64,000 nucleotides of DNA from Limnochordia bacterium (GTDB lineage Bacteria > Bacillota > Limnochordia > DTU080), in the NCBI GenBank assembly GCA_050951545.1, contig JBMNJG010000004.1, positions 160,001 to 224,000 of the forward strand. Reading direction: 5' to 3'. Of this stretch, positions 29,302-39,143 are shown piece by piece; the stretch's first letter is position 1, and each line of letters starts with the position of its first letter. The notes beneath the pieces are model-generated. The model was not told the DNA's origin, searched no databases, and saw only the letters and a program-made list of their open reading frames with translations. The position numbers were made by a program, and so were the translations under genes.

Positions 29302-30159
29302 TTAGGTCAAAGGCACTTGGCTGCCGTGACGACCATGGAAACGGGTAAGCGTGGTATAGCCTACCTCTTTCGCCCATTGCGCAGCTGCCCCCAGTTGGAG
29401 GCCCACATCCTCCGCGCAGTGGGCATCTGAGCCCAGGGTGATGGGCACTCCTGCGCTGTAGAAGGCGGCCAGGAGCGCGTGGCTCGGGTAGATCTCTGCC
29501 ACTGGTTTGCGTAACCCCGCGCTGCTGATCTCCACTGATACGTCAGCGGAGCGGGCCGCCACGGCAGCCTCGGCATACAGTTCATGGGGCGGCGATGCAG
29601 GTCTGTGTCCAAACTTCTTCAGCAGATCGGGATGGGCCATAGTATCGAAGAGGCCTGAGCTACAGGCACTGTTCCAGACGTCAAAGTACTCAGCATACGT
29701 GGCCTCGACGTCACGGTCGGGCCAGCCGACAGAGGCCGCGGCGTCCACCGGAAATGTGCCTAGAAAGTGGACAGACCCCATCACATAGTCCCAGGGGTAA
29801 TTCGCCAGAATTCCCCTTGTCAGCTCTCCAGACTCGGGTATGAAATCGACCTCCAGGCCGATCTTGATCGGTAAGCCCTTTTCTTGCACGTCCACTAAGA
29901 ACTCCACATACGCCTCGAGAGAGTCGACAAAGCAATGTCGAAAGAAGTCCTTGACCAGGGACGGTGCATCAGGCTCTGAGTGCATATGGGCGAATATCGG
30001 TGAGAACTCACGAAAACGGTAACAGTGTTCGCTGATACCAATCTCGTCTACCCCGGCAACTCTCGCCTGTTCGATGTAGTGCAACAGTCGCTCCTTCTCG
30101 AGGCGCAGGGGGGACTGGTAATCGTCATACTCCAGATGGACGTGATAGTCGAGCCGCAC
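29302..30159 (-). CDS. PHP-domain histidinol-phosphatase (HisJ family)
   Basis: DYHVH, ISEH, GLEVDF, GSVH, AHPDL, GSDAH. Confidence 0.85.
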   Translation of the reverse strand: MRLDYHVHLEYDDYQSPLRLEKERLLHYIEQARVAGVDEIGISEHCYRFREFSPIFAHMHSEPDAPSLVKDFFRHCFVDSLEAYVEFLVDVQEKGLPIKIGLEVDFIPESGELTRGILANYPWDYVMGSVHFLGTFPVDAAASVGWPDRDVEATYAEYFDVWNSACSSGLFDTMAHPDLLKKFGHRPASPPHELYAEAAVAARSADVSVEISSAGLRKPVAEIYPSHALLAAFYSAGVPITLGSDAHCAEDVGLQLGAAAQWAKEVGYTTLTRFHGRHGSQVPLT

Positions 30160-30327
30160 ATATTCACCTCCGGGATGTACTGGCCTTCCACTTCGCCCAT
30201 TCGTTGCCAATCCCTGCCGTCCAGGGGTACGCGACAGGTAGCGCTAAACCGTAAATAAAACAAAGCTCTCGGAGGGAAAACTAAGTCCTCCTTGAATACG
30301 TGAAGTACAGCGAGGAGCCGTGGTGCA

Positions 30328-31107
30328 ATGTCAGAACACACCCATCTACTACCCGCCGAGCGGCTGGAGCGTATTCGAGAGGCTCTCCTCCTGGAAGGTT
30401 CGGTTCGTGTGGCGGAGCTGGCCAGCCTACTGCAAGTCTCGGATGTCACTGTGCGTGCTGACCTTTCTCAGCTCGAGCGAGAGGGACTACTGAAACGAAC
30501 CCACGGAGGGGCGGTTTTGGTCAGGCGAACCCGCTTTGAGCGACCCTTTGCTGAGCAACAGACGCAGCGCGTGGTTGAGAAACGCCGCATTGGTCAAGCC
30601 GCTACGGAACTCATTGAAGACGAGGACACGATCATTCTCGATGTGGGAACGACTACTACGGAGATTGCCAGACACATGCCTGCAGTGAACAACGTGGTGG
30701 TGGTCACTAACGGCCTGAATATCGCCTCTGAACTTGAGCACTGCCCTGGGGTAACCGTTGTGGTCACAGGTGGTACGTTGCGTCCCATGCAGCACTCGTT
30801 GGTCAACCCGTATGCGACATTACTACTCTCGCAGATCAATGCCGATAAGCTCTTTCTCGGGTGTAACGGGGTCTCGCTTGAGAAGGGTATTACCAACTCC
30901 AATCTTCAGGAAGCTGAGATCAAGAAGGCCATGGTGTCGGCAGCCAAGTTTGTTGTGGCCGTCGCAGACAGCAGCAAGATCGGGGCGGTCTCTGCAGCCC
31001 ACGTGTGTACCCTCGCAGACGTGGACGCACTGATCACGAACAGCGACGCGGATCCCGATGGATTGCGACGGCTACGGGAGGCGGGGCTCAACGTCATTGT
31101 GGTGTAG
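30328..31107 (+). CDS. DeoR/GlpR family transcriptional regulator of the gal operon
   Basis: VSDVTVRADL..LE..G...RTHGGA HTH, LDVGTTT, VTNGL, ADSSK. Confidence 0.93.
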   Translation: MSEHTHLLPAERLERIREALLLEGSVRVAELASLLQVSDVTVRADLSQLEREGLLKRTHGGAVLVRRTRFERPFAEQQTQRVVEKRRIGQAATELIEDEDTIILDVGTTTTEIARHMPAVNNVVVVTNGLNIASELEHCPGVTVVVTGGTLRPMQHSLVNPYATLLLSQINADKLFLGCNGVSLEKGITNSNLQEAEIKKAMVSAAKFVVAVADSSKIGAVSAAHVCTLADVDALITNSDADPDGLRRLREAGLNVIVV

Positions 31108-31126
31108 TCAAGTGGGAGGCCTTGGA

Positions 31127-31312
31127 ATGAAAAGGAAACGTCTGATAAGAGATGATGGGCGCTATGTACTGCTGTACTCCTTAAGTCATGCCCATACCCC
31201 ATCGCTGCCGCAACGAGAACTGTTATCTTCTTGTCGTGAGGCAGCACGGAAGCCACCAACATGCCGGGAAAACATGACTCGATCTTCCAAGGGGGACGAA
31301 AAGAGTGTCTGA
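31127..31312 (+). CDS. 61-aa small protein overlapping galT, resembling the N-terminal extension of long-form GalT
   Basis: GGGAGG RBS, ATG at 31127, MKRKRLIRDDGRYVLLYS; stop overlaps the galT start (GTGTCTGA). Confidence 0.55.
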   Translation: MKRKRLIRDDGRYVLLYSLSHAHTPSLPQRELLSSCREAARKPPTCRENMTRSSKGDEKSV

Positions 31313-32276
31313 GCTGCGCTGGAATCCCATGTTAGGTCAGTGGGTGATCACCGCGACGCACCGTCAGGACAGAACGTATAAGCCACCAGCCGAGTTCTGT
31401 CCGATCTGCCCGACGAAATCAGCGGATTTCCCTACGGAGATCCCAGCTCCAGATTTCGATATCGCCGTCTTTCAGAACAAGTTTCCTTCGCTGCGGCCAC
31501 AGCCCGACCCACCAGAGGTAGCCGGTAGTGAGCTCTACGCTGTGCGGGAGGCCAAGGGCGAATGCGAGGTGGTGGTCTATACTGCGGACCACGTGGGTAG
31601 TCTGACGACTGTGGATGAGGTGAAGTTGCGCCACCTCGTTGATGTCTGGGCTGATCGTTTCTGCGAGCTCGGTGCGCGTGAAGGCATTGAGTATGTCTTC
31701 ATCTTCGAAAACCGGGGGGAGGCCGTGGGGGTCACGTTACACCATCCGCACGGGCAGATCTACGCCTACCCCTACATACCCCCGATTCCTGAGCGGGAGT
31801 TGAGTCAAGCTGCCCAGCACCAGGCGCGCACAGGGCGCTGTCTGTTCTGCGATATCACCGCAGAGGAGAAGCGTGATGGTAGGCGCGTGCTGTTGGAGGA
31901 CCAGCACACCATCGCTTTTGTGCCCTTTTTCGCTCGTTTCCCCTATGAGGTGCATGTGCTACCCTTGCGTCACGTCAACTCCCTTCCAGACCTCAACGAG
32001 GACGAGCGCTGGTCTTTAGCGCGCAGCATCCAAGAGGTGCTTAAGCGCTACGATGGGCTTTTTGAGGCTCCTATGCCCTACATGATGGCCATGCACCAGC
32101 GTCCCACAGACGGCGGCAGCTATCCTTATTACCATTTTCATGTGGAGTTCCTTCCACTACAGCGCGCGGCAAACAAACTCAAGTTTCTGGCAGGCTCAGA
32201 GTCCGGAGCTGGTGCTTTCATCACAGACATGTCCGCAGAGAAACAAGCAGAGATGCTGAAGGGGGTCAAAATATGA
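31305..32276 (+). CDS. galT: Galactose-1-phosphate uridylyltransferase
   Basis: ELRWNP, HRQDR, CPICP, FENRG..VGVTLHHPHGQIY, LAGSESG. Confidence 0.95.
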   Translation: MSELRWNPMLGQWVITATHRQDRTYKPPAEFCPICPTKSADFPTEIPAPDFDIAVFQNKFPSLRPQPDPPEVAGSELYAVREAKGECEVVVYTADHVGSLTTVDEVKLRHLVDVWADRFCELGAREGIEYVFIFENRGEAVGVTLHHPHGQIYAYPYIPPIPERELSQAAQHQARTGRCLFCDITAEEKRDGRRVLLEDQHTIAFVPFFARFPYEVHVLPLRHVNSLPDLNEDERWSLARSIQEVLKRYDGLFEAPMPYMMAMHQRPTDGGSYPYYHFHVEFLPLQRAANKLKFLAGSESGAGAFITDMSAEKQAEMLKGVKI

Positions 32277-33469
32277 AGGCATCAGCACATGACGCAAGCC
32301 GACTCTCGATGCTGGCGGCAGCTCTTGAGGAGATGCGCGGCTCCAACAAAGCAGGGCTGCATGTGGCCAGAGCGCCGGGCCGCGTGAACCTGATCGGGGA
32401 GCATACCGATTATAACGATGGCTTTGTTTTGCCTATCGCGATCGATCGCGATGTTCTGATGGTAGGGAGGCGTCGCCCCGACAGACAGGTCAAGCTCTAC
32501 TCTATGGATTACCAGCAGCTTAACGCGTTTTCGCTAGACGAGATCACTTTCGACACCTCAATGCGCTGGAGCAACTATGTTCGCGGTGTGCTCGATGTCT
32601 TGCAGGAAGAGGGCTACGCTCTTCGTGGGATGGACCTTGCCGTCACCGGAAACGTACCGCAGGGGGCGGGTTTGAGCTCATCAGCTGCGCTGGAGACTGC
32701 TACCGCCAGCATAGTGAGCGCACTGTGTGACCTGGAGATCGAACCAGTGCGTATGGCTCGTCTAGCTCAAAGAGCAGAAAACCGCTTCGTGGGCGTGCAG
32801 TGTGGAATCATGGACCAATTTGTGTCGAGACTCGGTCGACACGCTCACGCGCTGCTTATCGATTGTCGCAGCTTCGAGTACCGTCACATTCCCTGGCTAT
32901 CGACGAGACTGCGACTGCTTGTGGCAGATACGCGCGTGCAACGAGGGTTAGTCGATTCAGAGTACAACAAGCGCCGTCGAGAGTGTGAGGCGGGGGTGAA
33001 GGCTCTTGCCAAAGTACTGCCGGAGATCATGGCTCTCCGGGACGTATCGGTTGAGCAGTTCCAAGAGCATGCCCATATTCTGGATCCTGAAGTCCGCTCG
33101 CGCTGTGAGCATGTCGTATGTGAAAATGCACGCGTGCTAGAGGCCGTGGAGGCACTGGAGTCTGGGGACTGGAAGCGTCTAGGAAACCTGATGTATGCAT
33201 CTCACGAAAGCCTGCGCGACCTCTACCAGGTGAGTTGCCCAGAGCTAGACGCTATGGTGGAAATCGCGCTTGGCGTGGATGGTGTTTATGGAGCCCGCAT
33301 GACAGGTGGCGGCTTCGGTGGATGTGCTATTGCGCTTGTAGACGAGCAAGCACAGGAAGCATTGGAGCAGGCCATTTGGCAGCGCTACCCTGAGATCACC
33401 GGACGTCAGCCACAGCTTTTGCCCACAGGTGCTGCGGATGGCGCACAGACCTGGCAGTGGGAACAATAG
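32273..33469 (+). CDS. galK: Galactokinase
   Basis: APGRVNLIGEHTDYN, PQGAGLSSSAA, CGIMDQ, GARMTGGGFGG. Confidence 0.97.
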   Translation: MKASAHDASRLSMLAAALEEMRGSNKAGLHVARAPGRVNLIGEHTDYNDGFVLPIAIDRDVLMVGRRRPDRQVKLYSMDYQQLNAFSLDEITFDTSMRWSNYVRGVLDVLQEEGYALRGMDLAVTGNVPQGAGLSSSAALETATASIVSALCDLEIEPVRMARLAQRAENRFVGVQCGIMDQFVSRLGRHAHALLIDCRSFEYRHIPWLSTRLRLLVADTRVQRGLVDSEYNKRRRECEAGVKALAKVLPEIMALRDVSVEQFQEHAHILDPEVRSRCEHVVCENARVLEAVEALESGDWKRLGNLMYASHESLRDLYQVSCPELDAMVEIALGVDGVYGARMTGGGFGGCAIALVDEQAQEALEQAIWQRYPEITGRQPQLLPTGAADGAQTWQWEQ

Positions 33470-33489
33470 AAGATGGGAGGCCAAGGCGA

Positions 33490-34485
33490 ATGCGCATACT
33501 CGTAACGGGAGGGGCCGGTTACGTCGGAAGCCATGTGGTGCGGGACCTCATGGCTGCTGGCCATGAGCCAGTGGTTCTTGACAATCTGTCAAAAGGTCAC
33601 CTAGAAGCAGTCCCCCCTGGGGTCTCGCTGGTGAAAGCTGATCTCGCAGACAAAGAAACGTTGAGTGAGGTGTTTCGTCGCTACCAGCCCCAGGCGGTCA
33701 TGCATTTTGCGGGTTCGTCTCTGGTGGGCGAATCCATGCGGGAGCCTGAGCTCTACTTCCGAAACAACCTCAGCAATGGTCTACAGCTGCTCGCGTGTAT
33801 GGTACAGCACGACGTGGACAAGATGGTCTTCTCCTCGTCTGCCGCGGTGTACGGTGAGCCAGAGACTGTGCCTATTACCGAAGAGCACCCTAAGCGCCCC
33901 ACAAATCCCTACGGTGAATCGAAGCTCTTCTTTGAAGCAATGTTGGCTCGCTTTGAGAAGGCGTATGGCCTGCGCTCCATATGCTTGCGCTACTTCAACG
34001 CGGCTGGTGCTCATCCTTCGGGCGAAATCGGTGAAGACCACACGCCAGAGACGCATCTAATTCCCATTATCCTACAGACTGCGCTGGGCAAGCGCGAGGA
34101 ACTCGCCATCTTTGGCACCGACTATCCCACTGATGACGGCACTTGTGTTCGGGACTATGTCCACGTGTGTGATCTTTCTGCGGCTCATCTACTGGCCTTG
34201 CAGGCTCTGGCCACGGGCGCCCCGTCCAATGCGTTCAACTTGGGAAACGGGCAGGGATTTAGCGTACGAGAGATACTGAGTGTGGCCGAGACGGTTGTGG
34301 GTAGGCCTATCGCCACTCGAATAGCGGAGCGGCGTCCGGGAGACCCAGCGATTTTGGTGGCCAGTGCGGAGAAAGCCCAGCAAGAACTGGGGTGGCGACC
34401 ATCACGTGCCGACATTCGAGACATCGTGGAGTCCGCATGGAGTTGGCATATGGGACACCCAGAAGGCTATGGGTTACAGCAGTGA
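33490..34485 (+). CDS. galE: UDP-glucose 4-epimerase
   Basis: TGGAGYVGSH, FSSSAAVYG, YGESK, LRYFN, DGTCVRDYVH. Confidence 0.96.
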   Translation: MRILVTGGAGYVGSHVVRDLMAAGHEPVVLDNLSKGHLEAVPPGVSLVKADLADKETLSEVFRRYQPQAVMHFAGSSLVGESMREPELYFRNNLSNGLQLLACMVQHDVDKMVFSSSAAVYGEPETVPITEEHPKRPTNPYGESKLFFEAMLARFEKAYGLRSICLRYFNAAGAHPSGEIGEDHTPETHLIPIILQTALGKREELAIFGTDYPTDDGTCVRDYVHVCDLSAAHLLALQALATGAPSNAFNLGNGQGFSVREILSVAETVVGRPIATRIAERRPGDPAILVASAEKAQQELGWRPSRADIRDIVESAWSWHMGHPEGYGLQQ

Positions 34486-34551
34486 CGGCGCACTCTCTCC
34501 CCTCTAGGAGCATATAGCTATCAGAAGCAGGCAAGAGAGGGGGCGGAGTCA

Positions 34552-35118
34552 GTGGAGATTGAGGATCTGCAGAGGGTTGTAGACCGTATGGAAGGTGAGA
34601 TCGCTATGCTCAAGAGCGACCATATGCGCCTTGAGCATAGCCTGGACGAGTTGCAGAAAAAAACCGCGACCTTGACTGGCGCGGAGGAGGGCCCAGACGC
34701 GTCAGCTGACAAGCTACTCGGGCGACTTGGTGGCATGCAGGCGCTCTCTGAAGCGCTGTCGACACCGGAAGCCGCAGAGGCATTGTCCAAGGTTCTGGGT
34801 GGCAGGGTTGGTGACCTCCTGCCTCTCTTGACAACGGTTGACACGACAGCCAAAAGCGAGACGAACGACGAAAATGACAGCGAGGTGCTCAAAGCCCTAG
34901 CGAATCTGAGTCCAGAGATGAGCCGGGCCATCAAGAAGCTGAACACTATTCTCCCGCTAGTCACTGCGGTGCAGAATCGGAGGGTCAGGCATGTCCGTCA
35001 CGATATGGACGAACCCTTCGATGTCGTTGCGCCTCACAGGGTGCTCCATAGAACGTTTGGCGACGATACCCATGGGTTTCAGGAGTACGAGGCGTGGTCC
35101 GTCTTTCGTCGAGCGTGA
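34552..35118 (+). CDS. Hypothetical protein with N-terminal coiled coil
   Basis: 188-aa ORF, heptad-like N-terminus, G-rich RBS, followed by a hairpin. Confidence 0.6.
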   Translation: MEIEDLQRVVDRMEGEIAMLKSDHMRLEHSLDELQKKTATLTGAEEGPDASADKLLGRLGGMQALSEALSTPEAAEALSKVLGGRVGDLLPLLTTVDTTAKSETNDENDSEVLKALANLSPEMSRAIKKLNTILPLVTAVQNRRVRHVRHDMDEPFDVVAPHRVLHRTFGDDTHGFQEYEAWSVFRRA

Positions 35119-35125
35119 GTGAGGG

Positions 35126-35163
35126 GCTGGAGCGAGCGGTTCGAGCAGTTGTCTCGCTCCAGC
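35126..35163. terminator. Hairpin between convergent ORFs
   Basis: GCTGGAGCGAG...CTCGCTCCAGC 11-bp inverted repeat. Confidence 0.6.
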
Positions 35164-35177
35164 GCAGACACTTCGAT

Positions 35178-35255
35178 CTAGTCTTGGAAGAACATAAGCA
35201 GCAGGATAATGATCACAAGCAGCATTAGGGTCTCATCGCATCTGTCGCGGGTCAT
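35178..35255 (-). CDS. 25-aa hydrophobic peptide (below the ORF-track cutoff)
   Basis: MTRDRCDETLMLLVIIILLLMFFQD*, with GGAGGTG RBS upstream. Confidence 0.6.
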   Translation of the reverse strand: MTRDRCDETLMLLVIIILLLMFFQD

Positions 35256-35496
35256 CCATGCTCACCTCCACTGACTTTCCCGTTGCTTTAGGCTACGAGG
35301 AAGCCAATGAAGCTGTAACAGGAGGCCTATCCTGTTTGGAGAGCAGCACTCTTCCGGAAACCGTGTTACGCTGTGCGGGCATGTAGACGGTTGCCCGCCG
35401 TCACGCGTAGTTCCCTGAAAGAGAGAGCAGGATTAACGGACTCGGGCAGGAACATGTCGACAGGTGGATAGCACCGAGGATGGGGGATGAGACTGA

Positions 35497-36486
35497 GTGG
35501 GGCAACAGGACAAGCGTGGCACGCATGTGGATGTAACACCTGTACAGGATGTAAGTAGGCGGCTGGTTGAGAATGCGAGTCGGGTAATCGTGGGTAAGCC
35601 TGAGGCCATAGGGCTGGCGGTTATCGCATTGCTTTGCGAAGGACACATCTTGGCAGAGGATGTCCCTGGAGTGGGGAAAACGATGCTGGCTCGGGCACTT
35701 GCTGGCTCTGTCGGCTGTAGCTTCAGCCGTCTTCAGTTCACGCCTGATCTGCTGCCATCCGATGTCACTGGCGTAAGCGTGTTCAATCAGAAAACCCAGG
35801 AGTTTGAGTTTCGTCCCGGGCCAGTGATGTCTCAGGTGGTGCTGGCCGACGAGATCAACCGAGCGACACCGCGTACACAGTCTGCGCTGCTAGAGTGCAT
35901 GGAAGAACGCCAAGTGACGGTAGACGGAGTCACCCGTTTACTTCCTCGGCCCTTCCTGGTAATGGCAACGCAAAATCCGATCGAGTATGAGGGCACGTTC
36001 CCCTTGCCGGAAGCTCAGATCGATCGGTTTCTCGTACGTCTCTCCTTGGGATACCCAAGCGCCGCTGATGAAGCAGAGATTCTACTGCGTTTGCAGCGCC
36101 GTCACCCGATTTCGGATCTACAGCAGGTGGTCAGTAACGAGGAGCTGTTGGATGCACAGAAGACGACGCGAGAGGTTTTTGTGGAGGAGTCTGTGCGCGA
36201 ATATATCGTGTCACTGGTCCGGGCTACCCGCGAACATGCTGATGTGGCCCTAGGGGCCAGTCCGCGGGGCTCACTGGCCCTCTATCAGACGGCACAAGCC
36301 ACGGCTGCCATACAAGGGCGGGATTACGTGCTGCCCGATGATGTGAAAAGCATGGCGGTGTCAGTCTTGGCCCACAGACTGATCATCAAGCCTGAGAGCC
36401 AGTTGCGGGGACGCAGCGGCCAGGGCATTATCAGCGATATCTTGCAGCGTGTGCCCGTGGTACTAGAGGAGGAAGCCAGTGCGTAG
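35497..36486 (+). CDS. MoxR family AAA+ ATPase
   Basis: [47 protein letters not shown]; start uncertain. Confidence 0.95.
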   Translation: MGQQDKRGTHVDVTPVQDVSRRLVENASRVIVGKPEAIGLAVIALLCEGHILAEDVPGVGKTMLARALAGSVGCSFSRLQFTPDLLPSDVTGVSVFNQKTQEFEFRPGPVMSQVVLADEINRATPRTQSALLECMEERQVTVDGVTRLLPRPFLVMATQNPIEYEGTFPLPEAQIDRFLVRLSLGYPSAADEAEILLRLQRRHPISDLQQVVSNEELLDAQKTTREVFVEESVREYIVSLVRATREHADVALGASPRGSLALYQTAQATAAIQGRDYVLPDDVKSMAVSVLAHRLIIKPESQLRGRSGQGIISDILQRVPVVLEEEASA

Positions 36487-38014
36487 TCCCATCGGCGAGC
36501 TGACTCTGTTGGCTGGCCGATTCCGGCGTGAAGTGCCGTGGGATTCCGATCGGGCGGCCTTCCTTTATACTCCTTTGCTGGCTATTCTGACAGCCATTGG
36601 GGCGGGACTTGTCGTCGCTGGCTCTCTATCGAGTCTTGCTCCGTCATGGCGTTTTTCACCTTGGGCTCTACTGGCTCTGGTGCTACCCGCGCTCACAGGC
36701 TTCTTTCTGACATACCTACATGACATGCTACAGGTACGTTTGGGATGGCGCACTCTTGAGATCGTCTTGCTGTCATTACTGGCTGTGGCTGTCTTCTCAT
36801 CGGCTAGTGCCACTCCAGTAGGTGTAGTAAGTGGATTGGTGAGTGTCGCCACGGTGTGGATCGTAGCTGTCAGGATTGGTTCGGATCTTCTGTCCTTGCG
36901 TCCTGATCGTCTGCAGGCAGCGCAGTTGATCCAAGGGACTGCTCTTTTGACGAGGCATCACGCGTATCTGGTCTTCGTGTTGTGTATGGCAGCCGGAGTT
37001 CTTAACCGTCTTCAGAGTGGTCTGGTCGCATGGCCGACAGTGATAGTCGCGACTCTGGGCGCGGCGCTTTGTACAGCCGCTGCGCTGACTCAGGTGAGCT
37101 GGGCGCGTTTCGTTGTGGAGCGCTGTCAGTGGCAACAGGATGATGCGGTGATCAGCGACAAACTCGCCTCTGTGTGGTGGCGAAAATCACGGCAGGTAGC
37201 CATTGTCACCAGCCTCATCGGCGTTATTCTTCCGGCTAATCTCTCGCCATTGGCCCATCTGTCGTTTGACACGTTGTTTGTGCGGATGAACGCTATGGTA
37301 GCTCCTTTCTTCGTCAGGGAAGCCGCTGCCGATAGCCGCGCTCGTTCTGAACTCGCGGGACGTTTGGCCGAAGGCCTCGATACCTCACAGCCCTCAGGGT
37401 TGGGGTATGCTCTTGGATCATTCGTTCTTATGCTCGTACTAGTGGTCACCGTGCTGTGGGTCATCAAACGCTTTCTGCCGATGATGGGCGTAGGCGCACA
37501 AGAGCGGAAAGGCACCTGGGAACGTGAGCAGGGGCTTTGGCGCTGGCTGTGGCAATCCCTGCTAAGCTGGTGGAGGCGGATGACAGGCCTGTTGCTCGAA
37601 GGGGACGCAGCATCTGAATCTCGCAAGATGATGGCAATTCTCCGGCGTCGAGAGGGTTCTCGCAGTCGCCGAGTGCGTAGAAGCGTGCCGACTGAGCCAC
37701 GGGCCTCCATACGCTTCTTCTATGCCCGTTTCCTTGAGCGAACGGCAGCTCGAGGATGGATGCGGCGGGATGATGAGACCGCAGGTGAGTTCGGCGAGCG
37801 TCTGTCGGAAGGACTATCGCCTAGTGGGGCACATGCTGCGGCCAGACTCACCGACGTCTATGAGTCCGTGCGCTATGGAGACTCTGCGGCTGATGCTGGC
37901 CTAGTGAGCATCTTTAGGCAACACTTGATCGTTGTCTTTCGCCAACTGCGACGATCCGAGGAGTCTGCGCCCGGAGACCTAACTCTCCACGTGGCCACTC
38001 GCCACGAGTCATGA
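36479..38014 (+). CDS. Multi-pass membrane protein with C-terminal DUF4129-like domain
   Basis: Many TM helices; C-terminal R..Y..FL.....RG..R...ET..E......LT..YE.VRYG pattern; overlaps the moxR stop. Confidence 0.72.
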   Translation: MRSPIGELTLLAGRFRREVPWDSDRAAFLYTPLLAILTAIGAGLVVAGSLSSLAPSWRFSPWALLALVLPALTGFFLTYLHDMLQVRLGWRTLEIVLLSLLAVAVFSSASATPVGVVSGLVSVATVWIVAVRIGSDLLSLRPDRLQAAQLIQGTALLTRHHAYLVFVLCMAAGVLNRLQSGLVAWPTVIVATLGAALCTAAALTQVSWARFVVERCQWQQDDAVISDKLASVWWRKSRQVAIVTSLIGVILPANLSPLAHLSFDTLFVRMNAMVAPFFVREAAADSRARSELAGRLAEGLDTSQPSGLGYALGSFVLMLVLVVTVLWVIKRFLPMMGVGAQERKGTWEREQGLWRWLWQSLLSWWRRMTGLLLEGDAASESRKMMAILRRREGSRSRRVRRSVPTEPRASIRFFYARFLERTAARGWMRRDDETAGEFGERLSEGLSPSGAHAAARLTDVYESVRYGDSAADAGLVSIFRQHLIVVFRQLRRSEESAPGDLTLHVATRHES

Positions 38015-38019
38015 GAGCA

Positions 38020-38517
38020 TCACGAAGAGGCAGACAAGACCTGTCGGGAATCCGATAGCAGACAGCACAGATGGTGGCTCTCAACGTCGACGATAACACG
38101 CTCTGCCATGGGCTGCTCGATCATCGCTGCATACTGCTGCAAACTGCAGGGAATCTGCAGTTCCTTGAGAATGCAGAAGCCGTTGACAAACGCAGCTTGC
38201 TCGATAAAAAAGGGTGCCTGCGACCAGTGACGGTTGCGGACGATGGCTACATGCGCAGGATGCGTGTCAAAATCGACTGCATGCCCCAGCTCGTGGGACA
38301 GGATGACCACGAGGTAAGACAATGATTGCTGGCCCAGGTCTGGAGGCCAAACATATATGGTGCGCTGGGTGGGATGATAGAGCCACTGCTCAAACACGGG
38401 ACTTTGCGCCAGCTTGATATGCATACTACGACAGTGCTGCAAAAGGCGCTGCACGTAGGTGTTGGCGGGAAACTCAGCCCATAGGCTCTCTGGATCATGA
38501 CTGATGGTAACCTTCAT
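38020..38517 (-). CDS. Putative HEXXH zinc metallopeptidase (ImmA/IrrE-like)
   Basis: VVILSHELGHAVD and downstream IEQAA candidate third ligand. Confidence 0.55.
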   Translation of the reverse strand: MKVTISHDPESLWAEFPANTYVQRLLQHCRSMHIKLAQSPVFEQWLYHPTQRTIYVWPPDLGQQSLSYLVVILSHELGHAVDFDTHPAHVAIVRNRHWSQAPFFIEQAAFVNGFCILKELQIPCSLQQYAAMIEQPMAERVIVDVESHHLCCLLSDSRQVLSASS

Positions 38518-38591
38518 CACTTCTCTCTATCGGAGAATCCCTAGCTTCTTCTGGACTCGCAGCGAGCCTTCCTGTTTCCAATTCCCGGGTC

Positions 38592-39143
38592 CTATGAAGG
38601 AAACAAAAGTCGCCAAGCGAGCACCGCAGCTACAAAACCAGCCAGATCGCCCACTAAGGCAGCTGCAAGCCCATGCCGCGCTTTGCGGATACCGACTGCA
38701 CCCAGATAGACAGTCGTTACATAGAACGTGGTTTCTGTGCTTCCTTGGATGAGGCAGGCCAGTGTGCCGACACCAGAGTCGGGGCCGAAGGTGCGCAGCA
38801 GCTCACTCAAGAGGCCCAGCGCGCCCGAACCTGACAGTGGCCTGGTAACGGCCAGTGGCAGTACCTGAATCGGTATGCCGAGCGCCTGGAAAAGAGGCTC
38901 GAATAGGGAGAACAGGACATCCAAAGCTCCGGATGAGCGCAACAGCCCCAGGGCAACCCACATAGCGATCAGATAGGGAACAATGTGCAGGGCAGTCTGC
39001 ACCCCTTGGGCTGCACCAGCAACAAAGGTCTCATAGACCTTTACGCCGCGGGCGTGCGCATAGAGCAAGATAACCAAGAGCATCAGTGGCACGGACCATT
39101 GCGACACCAACAGTACAATGTGGGCAAGAGAGCGACTAGACAC
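38592..39143 (-). CDS. spmB: Spore maturation protein B
   Basis: VKVYETFVAGA, RPLSGSGA, GPDS, GSTETTFY. Confidence 0.93.
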   Translation of the reverse strand: MSSRSLAHIVLLVSQWSVPLMLLVILLYAHARGVKVYETFVAGAAQGVQTALHIVPYLIAMWVALGLLRSSGALDVLFSLFEPLFQALGIPIQVLPLAVTRPLSGSGALGLLSELLRTFGPDSGVGTLACLIQGSTETTFYVTTVYLGAVGIRKARHGLAAALVGDLAGFVAAVLAWRLLFPS

